From a virus, in IMG/VR virus record IMGVR_UViG_3300044551_000008, positions 1-38,483 of that record: a DNA stretch of 38,483 bases; one strand, 5' to 3'. The notes under the pieces were generated by a model. It was not told where the DNA came from. It was given only the letters and a program-made list of their open reading frames with translations, and ran no database searches. Below, in pieces: positions 6,352 through 12,799 of this stretch. Each line of letters opens with the position of its first letter. Position 1 is the stretch's first letter. The position numbers and the translations under genes were made by a program.

Positions 6352-7809
6352 TTAAGCGAGTTGGAATTTAAATATGATATCTACATTATCAGCAGTAACA
6401 TCAACCTTTGATACAAGGTTGTTGACTATTTTCTTTTTATTATCATATGATAGTTCATTAATCGGAATTGAGCCCAACTGAGTTTTAACTAACTCAAAAA
6501 CATCAGTAGAGTCATTAAATTTATTTTCGCTAATCTTAGCTTTAAGCAGCTTTTTCTCAGCCTGAAGGGAATCAGTACGATCTTTCAACTCATCCATAGT
6601 GATAAAATCATTTAGGTACAAATCAGAGTTCTTTTGTATTTTTTTATCGATCTGTGAAATTTGCTTTTTAAATGACGAAGTATTAATAGTAGGTTGGTTG
6701 TTGCCATTGATAATTTTCAATAAGGAGTCATTATTTTCTTGAAATCCAATCAGGTTGTCAATAACAGTATTTTCTAAATTACTTAAATCATAAGTTCCTG
6801 AATCACACTTTTTATTGTCATTATATACTGTAATTCCTTTTGTTTTTCGAGGAAATCTATTTGCACAGTGATATTTCATAGTGCGGCTTCCATCTTTTCT
6901 TTTGTGGCCAAGAACAATTTTTAAAGGTGCTCCACAGTAACCGCACCTTGCCATCCCTGATAACATATATTTGGCTTGGAAAGGTCTAGGATTGTTGTTT
7001 CTTTCATAAGTCTGCTGTTGTCTTTCTTCTAGCTCTTTTTGAACTTTTAAATAAGTCTCATAAGGGATAATTGGTTTGTGCATACCTTCAAATAGGCTGT
7101 CCTTAAATTTGATATAACCACAGTAAACTGGATTATCAAGTGTTTGTCTTAGGGTACGATAAGACCATGGTATATCTTTACCGATGTGTCCAGCTTCATT
7201 GAGTTTATCTCTTAATTTTGTAAGTGATATTCCTGATAAATAATCAGTGAATATTTGTTCAACTATTGTAGCTTGTAAAGGAACAATTTCTAATATACCT
7301 GTCTTTCTGTTGTGGTAATACCCAAAAGCTGTCTTAGTCCACATCATAGACTTACCAGATTTCGCTCGCCCTAGTTTACCCATAGTCATGCGTTCTTTTA
7401 TATTCTCTCTTTCAAACTCATTAATTGCAGAAAGAATAGTGAGAAACAAGCTACCCATAGCAGAAGAAGTATCAATACTTTCATTAAGCGAGATAAAGTC
7501 TATTTTATTTTTTTTGAACACATCCTTAACAAGATAAAGAGTATCTCTTACACTACGGGAAAGGCGGTCTAGCTTATATACAAGAACTGTATCAAAAGCT
7601 TTATTCTCGATATCGTTGGTTAATCTTTGCATTGCTGGGCGTTCAAGTTTGGCCCCTGAAAAACCAGCATCAGTATAAGTATCAGATACTTGCCACCCCA
7701 TTGCTTCAGCATATTTTGTTAAACGGTCAATTTGCTCATCAATTGAGAACCCTTCCTCTGCTTGGTTAGTAGTGGATACTCGTGTATAGATTGCTACTTT
7801 CTTAGTCAT
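6352..7809 (-). CDS. int: Large serine recombinase (integrase), TP901-1 type, 485 aa
   Basis: MTKKVAIYTRVSTTNQAEEGFSIDEQ... contains the resolvase catalytic Ser motif. The length and sequence match the recalled TP901-1 Int. A C-terminal zinc ribbon (CGYCGAP..) and a coiled coil are present. Confidence 0.93.
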   Translation of the reverse strand: MTKKVAIYTRVSTTNQAEEGFSIDEQIDRLTKYAEAMGWQVSDTYTDAGFSGAKLERPAMQRLTNDIENKAFDTVLVYKLDRLSRSVRDTLYLVKDVFKKNKIDFISLNESIDTSSAMGSLFLTILSAINEFERENIKERMTMGKLGRAKSGKSMMWTKTAFGYYHNRKTGILEIVPLQATIVEQIFTDYLSGISLTKLRDKLNEAGHIGKDIPWSYRTLRQTLDNPVYCGYIKFKDSLFEGMHKPIIPYETYLKVQKELEERQQQTYERNNNPRPFQAKYMLSGMARCGYCGAPLKIVLGHKRKDGSRTMKYHCANRFPRKTKGITVYNDNKKCDSGTYDLSNLENTVIDNLIGFQENNDSLLKIINGNNQPTINTSSFKKQISQIDKKIQKNSDLYLNDFITMDELKDRTDSLQAEKKLLKAKISENKFNDSTDVFELVKTQLGSIPINELSYDNKKKIVNNLVSKVDVTADNVDIIFKFQLA

Positions 7810-7884
7810 TGTTTTTGTACCTCATTTCTGATAAAATGGTATAGTAAAAAGCTTGTTAAAAGCCTTTATACTATTTTATAGTTT

Positions 7885-7921
7885 AAAACCGCCCCTCGTC
7901 GCCAAACTTGGGCGGTTTTTT
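7885..7921. terminator. Bidirectional-looking terminator between the SHOCT gene and int
   Basis: AAAACCGCCC ... GGGCGGTTTT forms a 10-bp stem flanked by A and T runs. Confidence 0.7.
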
Positions 7922-7924
7922 ATT

Positions 7925-8503
7925 TTATTTAAGAAACTTTGCTTTTTGAATTTCAAATTCTTCTTGAGAAATAGCACCTGAATCAAGTAATTCTTTAAAT
8001 TTCTTTAATTCATCAGCTATACTGGTAGTTGATGAATTAATTTGCATTGATTTTGAATAAATCTTTGAATTAGTATTGACCTGATTAATGAACTTCATGG
8101 CTTTATCAATATCTTTTTTATCTCTTTTAACTTCAGCAGTCCAGACAAAATCAGGTCCTTCAATTGTTAGATATTTCTCTCCTCCTTTTTTCTTCTTTGC
8201 AGCAAAAGCAAAGACCCCGAGCGCAACAAGCCTTGTCATTGTCACTCGTGCTTGAAGTTCTGAACCAGATTCTAGTCTTGCAGTAACATCGTTAAGCGGC
8301 TTTTTTTCAAATCCTTTGCTAATAGAATCCTTACTCAATTTAAAACCAAAATTAGAAATTGAAGAAGGAATTAGTGATGCACCAGCGTTTTTTAGCACAT
8401 CGGTTTGTGTTCTGTTTTTTATTTCTTCCATTTTTTGATGGTCTTTTTTTGCATCAAAATATTCATTGAAAGATTTTGCTTTTAATAGTTCTTTAAATCC
8501 CAT
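7925..8503 (-). CDS. SHOCT-domain protein in the int-repressor (sie) slot
   Basis: The C-terminal LKKFKELLDSGAISQEEFEIQKAKFL fits the SHOCT consensus. There is a central hydrophobic segment, RLVALGVFAFAA. The position equals that of the superinfection-exclusion genes of P335 phages. Confidence 0.7.
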   Translation of the reverse strand: MGFKELLKAKSFNEYFDAKKDHQKMEEIKNRTQTDVLKNAGASLIPSSISNFGFKLSKDSISKGFEKKPLNDVTARLESGSELQARVTMTRLVALGVFAFAAKKKKGGEKYLTIEGPDFVWTAEVKRDKKDIDKAMKFINQVNTNSKIYSKSMQINSSTTSIADELKKFKELLDSGAISQEEFEIQKAKFLK

Positions 8504-8586
8504 AATTTCTCCTTGCCAGTTTTGTGATGGCGCACGTTATTTACTTACCTTTTTAACGAGGTTCAAGACATTGCTCGTATATTTAA

Positions 8587-9480
8587 TTATAAATCAATTT
8601 CTACTTTGACAGCTTGCCCAATTACAGCTGCTGGATTGTCTTGTGTAGCAAATTGGTCTTTAAATTCTTTGTTGATTGACACAAGTCTCAAGCAATCTAT
8701 TTCGTGATAAACTTTTTTTAATGTTGCCTGACAATCATCTTGGAAAAGAACAGCTCCAATAGTACCGTCAGTCACATCAGGAACAGCTTCAATTAATACA
8801 TAAGATCCAAACGGAATCTTTGGCTCCATGCTATGACCATCAACCATTAACCAATAATAATCACGGGCAGATGATAAGAAGTGCGCAGGTACTGGTCTTG
8901 TACCGTCGAAGTTTTCTACTGCATCAAGAGGAAGTCCGGCCGCTATCCTACCAAGAATAGGAACATCTATCATGTCTTCATCAGGTTCATATTCCATAGT
9001 ATTTGCAGGCATAACGAAATTCTCTAATATCTTTCTACTTATATATGGTGGTAAATCATCAGGTATTTTATTAATTGGAATCACTTTAGATTCTTTTTTC
9101 TTTTCCTGTTTTTGCTCATCTAATTGATTGGTTGCAGTGTTTAAAACAACTTTTTGTCGTGGCTCTTCAAGCTGTTTCATTGTATCGATGGTTTTTTCTA
9201 TAATAGGAAATTCTTTTTCATTTAACCATTCATCACTAAACCTTGGATCGATATCAGATTTTAAAATCCCGAAGAAACTAGCAATTTTTTCGACATTACC
9301 AGGATTAACTAATGTTTTTCCGCTAGTGTAATCACTAATAGTACTTTGAGCTATTCCAGTTCCTCGTTGCAAATCTGCAGGTTTCTTGTTAAATTTATTT
9401 AAATATTTTTTTATATTACCTGCAATAATAGGCTTTAATGCTTCTTCTCTTGGCGTTAATTTTGATCTTCCCATTTCCAT
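8587..9480 (-). CDS. Phage repressor, N-terminal XRE HTH + C-terminal S24 (LexA-like) autopeptidase
   Basis: QSTISDYTSGKTLVNPGNVEKIA fits an HTH. GHSMEP (Ser) and TLKKV (Lys) fit the S24 dyad. The gene is divergent from the lytic promoter. Confidence 0.88.
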   Translation of the reverse strand: MEMGRSKLTPREEALKPIIAGNIKKYLNKFNKKPADLQRGTGIAQSTISDYTSGKTLVNPGNVEKIASFFGILKSDIDPRFSDEWLNEKEFPIIEKTIDTMKQLEEPRQKVVLNTATNQLDEQKQEKKKESKVIPINKIPDDLPPYISRKILENFVMPANTMEYEPDEDMIDVPILGRIAAGLPLDAVENFDGTRPVPAHFLSSARDYYWLMVDGHSMEPKIPFGSYVLIEAVPDVTDGTIGAVLFQDDCQATLKKVYHEIDCLRLVSINKEFKDQFATQDNPAAVIGQAVKVEIDL

Positions 9481-9501
9481 CTCCCTTTAATATTTAAATA
9501 T

Positions 9502-9530
9502 ATTATACCGAAAAAAATCGGTAGTGTAAA
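9502..9530 (-). promoter_or_regulatory. Repressor promoter (PL-like): TTTACA-17-TATAAT
   Basis: On the - strand the -10 is at 9502-9507 and the -35 at 9525-9530. The spacer is filled by operator O1. Confidence 0.75.
9506..9523. promoter_or_regulatory. Operator palindrome O1: TACCGA-AAAAAA-TCGGTA
   Basis: Perfect 18-bp palindrome inside the PL spacer. Confidence 0.75.
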
Positions 9531-9547
9531 TAATAAAAACTAAAAAA

Positions 9548-9565
9548 TATCGAATAAAATCGTTT
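9548..9565. promoter_or_regulatory. Degenerate operator O2: TATCGA-ATAAAA-TCGTTT
   Basis: It has the same half-site spacing as O1 and O3, with imperfect half sites. Confidence 0.5.
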
Positions 9566-9571
9566 TTATAG

Positions 9572-9600
9572 TTGACACCGAATAAAATCGGTGTTATAAT
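9572..9600 (+). promoter_or_regulatory. Lytic promoter (PR-like): TTGACA-17-TATAAT with TGn
   Basis: Consensus -35 at 9572-9577 and consensus -10 at 9595-9600. The spacer is filled by operator O3. Confidence 0.8.
9576..9593. promoter_or_regulatory. Operator palindrome O3: CACCGA-ATAAAA-TCGGTG
   Basis: Perfect 18-bp palindrome inside the PR spacer. Confidence 0.75.
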
Positions 9601-9715
9601 TAACTCATAAAGTCAAACAAGCGAACAATCATGGAGCATTCAGTACGGCAGACGGAACGGGCTCAAATGACGGTACACGACGTATCCACCGCGACGTAAG
9701 TAGCAAGTTTGGCAA

Positions 9716-9858
9716 ATAAAAAGCCCCAGAGGGGCGGAAAGGATAATATATTAAATGATTAAACATCATATCACTAAGTATCGTGACGAAAAAGGAAACC
9801 GCAAGGCTGCTTCGTGGATACAGGTAAATATTTTAGGTAAATGTATTTGCATGTTCAA
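9716..9858 (-). ncRNA. Candidate ~108-nt - strand sRNA with its own promoter, antisense to the PR transcript
   Basis: - strand TTGAAC (9853-9858), 17-nt spacer, TAAAAT (9830-9835). Terminator GCCCC/GGGGC at 9723-9735 followed by T5 on the - strand. Confidence 0.4.
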
Positions 9859-9875
9859 GCGTGAAATTAGCGTAT

Positions 9876-9897
9876 AAAAAAGAATCCCGAAGGGTTC
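9876..9897 (-). terminator. Terminator of the zinc-ribbon gene
   Basis: - strand hairpin GAACCC..GGGATTC followed by T6. Confidence 0.65.
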
Positions 9898-9908
9898 TAG
9901 ATGAAATT

Positions 9909-10049
9909 TTAACCTTTGGTAAAGGAAATTCCAGAACAACGAGGGCATGGTGGTAAAGTGTCAGTAGTATCGTCAAGTACAACGCTTTGGCCGCATGCAG
10001 TGCAACGGTATGTTCCTTTGCCAGGTTTTTCTCCAGTTTTGTAAGCCAT
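9909..10049 (-). CDS. 46-aa CxxC...CxxC zinc-ribbon protein
   Basis: The ATG at 10049 lies 8 nt after AAGGAG. The product is MAYKTGEKPGKGTYRCTACGQ..PPCPRCSG. It has its own extended -10 promoter and a terminator. Confidence 0.65.
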   Translation of the reverse strand: MAYKTGEKPGKGTYRCTACGQSVVLDDTTDTLPPCPRCSGISFTKG

Positions 10050-10075
10050 AGTAAATTCTCCTTTCCATAGTATTG

Positions 10076-10116
10076 AGTCAATATCTAGTGAATATTTACT
10101 CAAACTCATTATATCA
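10076..10116 (-). promoter_or_regulatory. Promoter TGATATAAT (10108-10116) + 25-bp palindrome (10076-10100) of the zinc-ribbon gene
   Basis: Extended -10 on the - strand. AGTCAATAT-N7-ATATTTACT lies just downstream. The module is a paralogue of 10564-10602. Confidence 0.6.
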
Positions 10117-10145
10117 CAGAAGAATGATATCGCTCACAATGAGCA

Positions 10146-10183
10146 GGGAAGACTGGCGAACAGGTTCGATTCCTGAACTTCCC
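10146..10183 (+). ncRNA. tRNA minihelix-like element (acceptor-like stem + T-arm only)
   Basis: GGGAAG ... CAGG-TTCGATT-CCTG ... CTTCCC. The T-loop is canonical GGTTCGATTCC, enclosed by a 6-bp stem. Confidence 0.45.
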
Positions 10184-10226
10184 TTACTGCGTATGCAGAA
10201 ATTTAATAAACAGAAAGGAGAATGGA

Positions 10227-10358
10227 ATGGAAAATATTACTGTAAATCAAGCAGTTGCATATTTTATTATATCTGCTTTAATAGATTCAAAGACTAAAGA
10301 AAACCCAGCAATGGTCGCAGCCATCGCTGAGCTTTATACATCACTAGTTAAATACTAG
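10227..10358 (+). CDS. 43-aa hypothetical protein
   Basis: AGGAG lies 6 nt before ATG 10227. The product is MENITVNQAVAYFIISALIDSK.... It is below the cutoff of the ORF track. Confidence 0.4.
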   Translation: MENITVNQAVAYFIISALIDSKTKENPAMVAAIAELYTSLVKY

Positions 10359-10363
10359 AGCGC

Positions 10364-10531
10364 TTATTTGAAACTTTTTAAATTACCCTTTTCTTTCGGT
10401 AATAATTCATTGTGTTTTTGAGCGACCGACATCGCCTCAATGTACAAATTAAATAAAGCGGAAACATCAGTTTCACTCGAAGAAGAAACTACCGATTGGG
10501 CAAAAAGTTCTGGATTGACTTTACAATTCAT
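10364..10531 (-). CDS. 55-aa hypothetical protein
   Basis: The - strand ATG at 10531 follows GGAAAGGAGG. The product is MNCKVNPELFAQSVV.... It has its own promoter and is convergent with 10227-10358. Confidence 0.45.
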   Translation of the reverse strand: MNCKVNPELFAQSVVSSSSETDVSALFNLYIEAMSVAQKHNELLPKEKGNLKSFK

Positions 10532-10563
10532 AATTCACACATACCTCCTTTCCATAATGGTTA

Positions 10564-10602
10564 AGTAAATATCTGAGAAATATTTACTCAATCATTATAG
10601 CA
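10564..10602 (-). promoter_or_regulatory. Promoter TGCTATAAT (10594-10602) + perfect 25-bp palindrome (10564-10588)
   Basis: AGTAAATAT-N7-ATATTTACT. The leader aligns with 10050-10116 through to the shared SD ATGGAAAGGAG. Confidence 0.6.
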
Positions 10603-10640
10603 CTTGGAGGATTCAAATACACACACAGAAAGGAGCTAGT

Positions 10641-10880
10641 ATGGCAGAGAAAATACCACCAAAAATCAAGCTAAAAGCTGCAAGAACCAATGCTGACTTT
10701 TCAGCTAAAGAAGTTGCTGAAATTGTTGGAAAAAACTATCAAACTATTTTGAGTTATGAAAAAGATAGCACTGAAATTCCCATGAGTCTAGCAAGAAAAT
10801 TGGCAGAAATTTACGACTATCCTATTGATTTTATTTTTTTAGGAAAAACAACCGAATATAATCGGTTTAAAGCGAGTTAG
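10641..10880 (+). CDS. Cro-like XRE-family HTH regulator (79 aa)
   Basis: FSAKEVAEIVGKNYQTILSYEKD fits an HTH. RBS AAAGGAG is present. It is the first sizeable + strand gene after the switch. Confidence 0.8.
   Translation: MAEKIPPKIKLKAARTNADFSAKEVAEIVGKNYQTILSYEKDSTEIPMSLARKLAEIYDYPIDFIFLGKTTEYNRFKAS
10850..10867. promoter_or_regulatory. Distal operator-like palindrome: AACCGA-ATATAA-TCGGTT
   Basis: It has the same half sites and the same 6-bp spacer as O1 and O3. It lies inside the 3' end of the cro-like gene, 1.27 kb from O3. Confidence 0.6.
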
Positions 10881-10891
10881 AAAGGTGAAGC

Positions 10892-11683
10892 ATGAAAGAA
10901 TTACAAAATTTTAATTTTAACAATTTACCAGTAAGAACTGTACTTATTGATGATGAACCTTGGTTTGTTGCAAAAGATGTCGCTGATATTCTTGAATATT
11001 CCGATACTCAAGCAATGACACGTCGACTTGATAAAGAAGATATCATGACCGACAAATTGTCGGGTATGAATATGAAGTCAACAATCATCAACGAAAGCGG
11101 ACTTTATGAAGCAATCATCGGCAGTAAGAAAAAAGAGGTAAAACCATTCAAGCGTTGGATTACTCATGAAGTACTTCCGACAATCCGTAAACACGGAGCA
11201 TACATGACGGATGCGAAGCTTGAAGAAGTACTGCTTAATCCAGATACACTGATTAGCCTTGCTACACAGCTAAAAGAGGAACGACAAGCACGACTTGGAC
11301 TTGAGAAAGAAAATAGCCAGTTGAATCTAGAACTTGCTGCAGCTACTGAAAAAACAACTTACCTTGATTTAATTCTTGAAAGCCCTGATGATATTCTAAT
11401 TACTCAGATTGCACAGGATTATGGATTTAGTGCTGTGAAATTCAATCGAATTTTAAACGAGTTGCGTATTCAACGAAAAGTTAATAAGCAATGGGTACTG
11501 TACTCAAGATATATGGGTAAAGGTTACATTGGCAGTCGAACTCAAAACTATGTAGATAGTAAAGGTCAAGAGAGAACTTCAATTACTACTACATGGAAGC
11601 AAAAAGGGCGCAAGTTTCTATATGAAACACTCAAAAAACATGGTTATTTACCTCTTGTAGAACAAGATGACTTAGCTAGCTAG
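10892..11683 (+). CDS. Antirepressor (Bro-N/ANT N-terminal domain + KilA-C domain)
   Basis: VRTVLIDDEPWFVAKDVADILEY..GLYEAI..FKRWITHEVLPTIRKHGAY fits Bro-N. The C-terminal ITQIAQDYGFSAVKFNRIL fits KilA-C. Confidence 0.85.
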   Translation: MKELQNFNFNNLPVRTVLIDDEPWFVAKDVADILEYSDTQAMTRRLDKEDIMTDKLSGMNMKSTIINESGLYEAIIGSKKKEVKPFKRWITHEVLPTIRKHGAYMTDAKLEEVLLNPDTLISLATQLKEERQARLGLEKENSQLNLELAAATEKTTYLDLILESPDDILITQIAQDYGFSAVKFNRILNELRIQRKVNKQWVLYSRYMGKGYIGSRTQNYVDSKGQERTSITTTWKQKGRKFLYETLKKHGYLPLVEQDDLAS

Positions 11684-11695
11684 AAAGGAAAGCAC

Positions 11696-11890
11696 ATGGG
11701 GGATAAAAGAAGCCCAACAAAAACAGTTACTTCATGGCCAAATGTAACATTTTGGTCAGAGGGCAAAACAAATAGTATGAACAAAGAAGAGTTCGAGGAA
11801 TTCAAGTCACGTACAGTTTGGCCGAATGGAGTTGGTGAAATGCGAGTAAGGGATGCATACAACACAGTTATGGAAAGGCTAAAATCATGA
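11696..11890 (+). CDS. Hypothetical protein (64 aa)
   Basis: ORF with AAAGGA upstream, in the early operon. Confidence 0.5.
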   Translation: MGDKRSPTKTVTSWPNVTFWSEGKTNSMNKEEFEEFKSRTVWPNGVGEMRVRDAYNTVMERLKS

Positions 11891-12015
11891 CCTACACATA
11901 CATAGTCAACCCAGAAACGGGGGAAATCTTGTTTGACCTATTTCACGACTTAATCACACAAAACATTCGAGCGATTAAACTCATTGCCAAGAAATTAAAT
12001 GCGGTACTCCGCTAG
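11887..12015 (+). CDS. Hypothetical protein (42 aa)
   Basis: ATGA start/stop overlap with the upstream gene. The product is MTYTYIVNPETGEILFDLF.... Confidence 0.4.
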   Translation: MTYTYIVNPETGEILFDLFHDLITQNIRAIKLIAKKLNAVLR

Positions 12016-12030
12016 AAAAGAGAACTAATT

Positions 12031-12225
12031 ATGAAAACAAAAACATTATTTATAGATGAAGAAGTTCAAGGTGAAAAAATTGGAGATTTGAACACAGAAC
12101 AACTTATTAAACAAGTTGTAAAAAATATTGACGATGACGTCATCTCAGTAGAAATAAAAAAACGCCACAAAAGTGACGAATTTAAAACTACAAACATTCT
12201 CTCAGAACATCGCTATCATCAATAA
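12031..12225 (+). CDS. Hypothetical protein (64 aa)
   Basis: ORF with AGAGAA upstream. Its 3' end overlaps the convergent gene 12188-12454 by 38 nt. Confidence 0.5.
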   Translation: MKTKTLFIDEEVQGEKIGDLNTEQLIKQVVKNIDDDVISVEIKKRHKSDEFKTTNILSEHRYHQ

Positions 12226-12454
12226 TATTTCTCCAGGCAGCTACGCCAGTTAAGGTGGCAACAAATAAACTATCGTTACTGTCTGCGACAGTTTTTAAGT
12301 TATTCCTAATATCCGTTGCACTAGTATTAGATTTAACGACCCACACAGATTCGTTAACATGCGCCCATTTAGGATAATTTTTAATTTTATCAATGAGGTC
12401 ATCATAGTTCTTGCTCGAGTTTTTTAAATCGTATGTAATGATATAACTTTCCAT
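12188..12454 (-). CDS. 88-aa protein, reverse-oriented in the early region; possible Cas2/VapD-like ferredoxin fold
   Basis: The ATG at 12454 lies 5 nt after AAGGAG. MESYIITYDL..W.HVNESVWVV..D.LFVATL follows the beta-alpha-beta-beta pattern of Cas2/VapD (MYxIxxDL ... SVF). It has its own TTGACT-17-TACAAT promoter. Confidence 0.55.
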   Translation of the reverse strand: MESYIITYDLKNSSKNYDDLIDKIKNYPKWAHVNESVWVVKSNTSATDIRNNLKTVADSNDSLFVATLTGVAAWRNIIDDSDVLRECL

Positions 12455-12514
12455 AATCACTCCTTTCACTAATATTTTGAATAAATACACCGGTGACGTA
12501 TATCATTCTACCCC

Positions 12515-12543
12515 ATTGTACTGCTAAAAATTATTTTAGTCAA
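12515..12543 (-). promoter_or_regulatory. Promoter TTGACT-17-TACAAT for 12188-12454
   Basis: On the - strand the -35 is at 12538-12543 and the -10 at 12515-12520. Confidence 0.6.
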
Positions 12544-12598
12544 CATAAAATACTATATATCGTGTTTAATTATGTAAAAAACAAGAAAGGAACACTAG

Positions 12599-12799
12599 AT
12601 GTTGTGGTCAAAGATAAAAACTAAACTTGTTGAGAAAAATATGACCGAGTATGAACTTGGAAAAGTTACAGGACTTGGTGCTCAACAAATTCATCAATTT
12701 AAAAAAAGAAATTCTGAAAATCCTCGTTGGCTAACAATGGTCAAAATAGCTGATGCACTAGACATCAGCTTAGATGAATTCAGAGAGAAAGGCAAATAA
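12599..12799 (+). CDS. XRE-family HTH protein (66 aa)
   Basis: MTEYELGKVTGLGAQQIHQFKK..WLTMVKIADALDISLDEF fits an HTH_XRE pattern. Confidence 0.7.
   Translation: MLWSKIKTKLVEKNMTEYELGKVTGLGAQQIHQFKKRNSENPRWLTMVKIADALDISLDEFREKGK

Noticed and set aside
9630-9700. The G+C-richer segment downstream of PR, considered as a retron msr/msd, riboswitch or ribozyme.
   Set aside because: There is no reverse transcriptase gene in the genome. I could not identify flanking a1/a2 inverted repeats or any known ribozyme or riboswitch core. Only a direct CGACGTA repeat and one 8-bp long-range complementarity (9682-9689 with 9813-9820) were seen.
9755-9877. A 40-aa + strand ORF (MIKHHITKYRDEKGNRKAASWIQVNILG...) resembling the arm-binding N-terminus of tyrosine integrases.
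   Set aside because: It is very short, its SD is weak and distant, and it overlaps a better-supported - strand promoter/terminator unit. At most it is a pseudogene remnant. It is mentioned only as a possible scar of module exchange.
9766-10297. ORFs 9766-9948 (-), 9833-10081 (-), the long form 9909-10109 (-), and 10073-10297 (+).
   Set aside because: They have no RBSs and overlap mapped promoters and terminators. Only the 46-aa zinc-ribbon frame starting at 10049 has an SD at the proper distance.
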